64,000 nt of DNA from Kudoa neothunni (lineage: Eukaryota; Animalia; Cnidaria). Numbering within the stretch: position 1 is the stretch's first letter; every line of letters begins with the position of its first letter. The position numbers and the translations under genes were made by a program. The stretch lies in assembly GCA_964304625.1 (NCBI GenBank), contig OZ199839.1, forward strand, positions 3,133,223 to 3,197,222. The letters run 5' to 3'. Below the pieces are notes generated by a model, which did not search any database, was not told the DNA's origin, and saw nothing but the letters and a program-made list of their open reading frames with translations. Shown here in pieces: positions 63,001 to 64,000 of the stretch.

Positions 63001-64000
63001 ATTATTGTAAACAACAAGGGGAAAATCAATATTTTAGGAGTTCTAAATTGGAAATTTTAAATTCTCAGTAGTGTTTGTTAGTTTTTAACAATATTAAACA
63101 AGGTTCAAACGCCCAATTAGTTAAATAAATCATCCGTTAAGGGGGTAATCTTTGAACTTCAAATGACCTTGGCCAGGCAAGGAAGCAAAATCAAAAGTAA
63201 AGCGAGGATTTTGCGCTAATGTAGAATATACATATGGAGGATTAGCAGACGCATGAATTATACTTGTTGCATTTATAATGGGAACAATTACCATCAATAA
63301 TCGTTTGGGAAGGAAATACACCTCATTTTACTTGGAGGCTAATGGATGAGGATTTTTCGAATGCCGAGGATTCCTTACTATTGGAAAAAACATTTAAATG
63401 TTAGGATTTTAGTTATTTGTTTTTCTGTTAGAACATTTTATTTTAATGAATTTAATAAATTAAGGTACTCACTATATAATAAATCCTATTTTTCATTAAA
63501 TATTGCCACGTTTGATAGGAAATAATTCTTTTAATTTTTTATTAATCAAAGTATAAAATTAGCAATAAATTATTTATATATTTGATGCTATTTTTAAAAA
63601 GAATAAATTGGATTATTATACCATAATTTTTATGAATTTTGGGATTGATCTTATGGTTTTCATTTAGTTAAAGAGGATCCAGTAATCCTGTTTGAGGAGA
63701 GAGATATACATAAGCAAGGTCAATACACGGTTGTGTTAAAAATGCAAGCTGATGAAACTAACAAAGAATTCCTCAAATCAAAGATTCTAATAGGGGGACA
63801 GAATATTGTTGACGACTGTTATATTATAGACAATCCTATATACAATGACCTTTTACGTTTTTGGATAAAATCCGATTGTTTGGTCGAAGAAACTTCAATA
63901 ATAAAATATTCAATCGGAAAAGAAATTTCTTCAAGAATAAAAAAAGCACGTATAGACTTTTATAATATATTTAAACTACTTATTAAATTCTATATAGGGA
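60015..64000 (+). CDS. Orphan multi-exon modular protein, continues beyond window
   Basis: Exons lie within ORF 60318-61295 (introns 60616-60660 and 60952-61002). The phase-1 donor at 61276 joins in frame to open exon 63668-63949 (IKEDPVILFEERDIHKQGQYTVVLKM...). Start uncertain. Confidence 0.6.
61425..62574 (+). mobile_element. Full-length non-autonomous Helitron
   Basis: 5' A|TC, then tatatttaaag and (GT)n. 3' hairpin ccctcaagcaacgctggg followed by CTAG|T. No TSD, as expected for a Helitron. Confidence 0.85.
62900..63400 (+). mobile_element. Possible pogo-family transposase remnant
   Basis: Fragments TLARQGSK and GQLPSIIVWEGNT, resembling G.KLP.MIIFKGK. Confidence 0.35.

Noticed and set aside
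1-64000. CRISPR arrays, operons or prokaryotic defence systems; most short ORFs in the track
   Set aside because: The DNA is intron-containing and eukaryotic, with no repeat-spacer array. Most 60-100 aa ORFs are antisense shadows of exons or TEs, or AT-rich noise.

Overview
Very AT-rich eukaryotic genomic DNA with spliceosomal introns mostly 25-60 nt long, so the ORF track fragments or misses most genes. The gene set, tiny introns and fast-evolving proteins are compatible with a myxozoan-like cnidarian parasite (inference only). Recognisable host genes: ELP2 (+, 3856-13362), a TMEM106-family gene (-, 14561-15528, absent from the ORF track), a C2orf76/UPF0538 gene (+, 20920-24843), a RasGEF with REM and CDC25 domains (-, 24943-~27770) and the mitochondrial TPP carrier SLC25A19 (+, 38988-~40277). 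From 47 kb onward lie three orphan multi-exon genes on the + strand, built of ~95-110 aa modules separated largely by phase-1 introns. Much of the remainder is nested transposon sequence: Tc1/IS630 DD34E, mariner, pogo/Tigger, hAT, piggyBac, MULE, Merlin, Helitron, a tRNA-derived SINE and a possible solo LTR, many with TIRs and TSDs still readable. Most notable: (i) DNA transposases interrupted by GT-AG introns; (ii) the orphan modular gene cluster, with stop-free 3n introns that would encode hydrophobic segments if retained; (iii) a complete tRNA-SINE with a G-quadruplex motif; (iv) an inverted duplication abutting a hAT end. Conserved genes carry many single-base +1 insertions, most likely long-read consensus errors. 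All calls were made by eye, without database searches.
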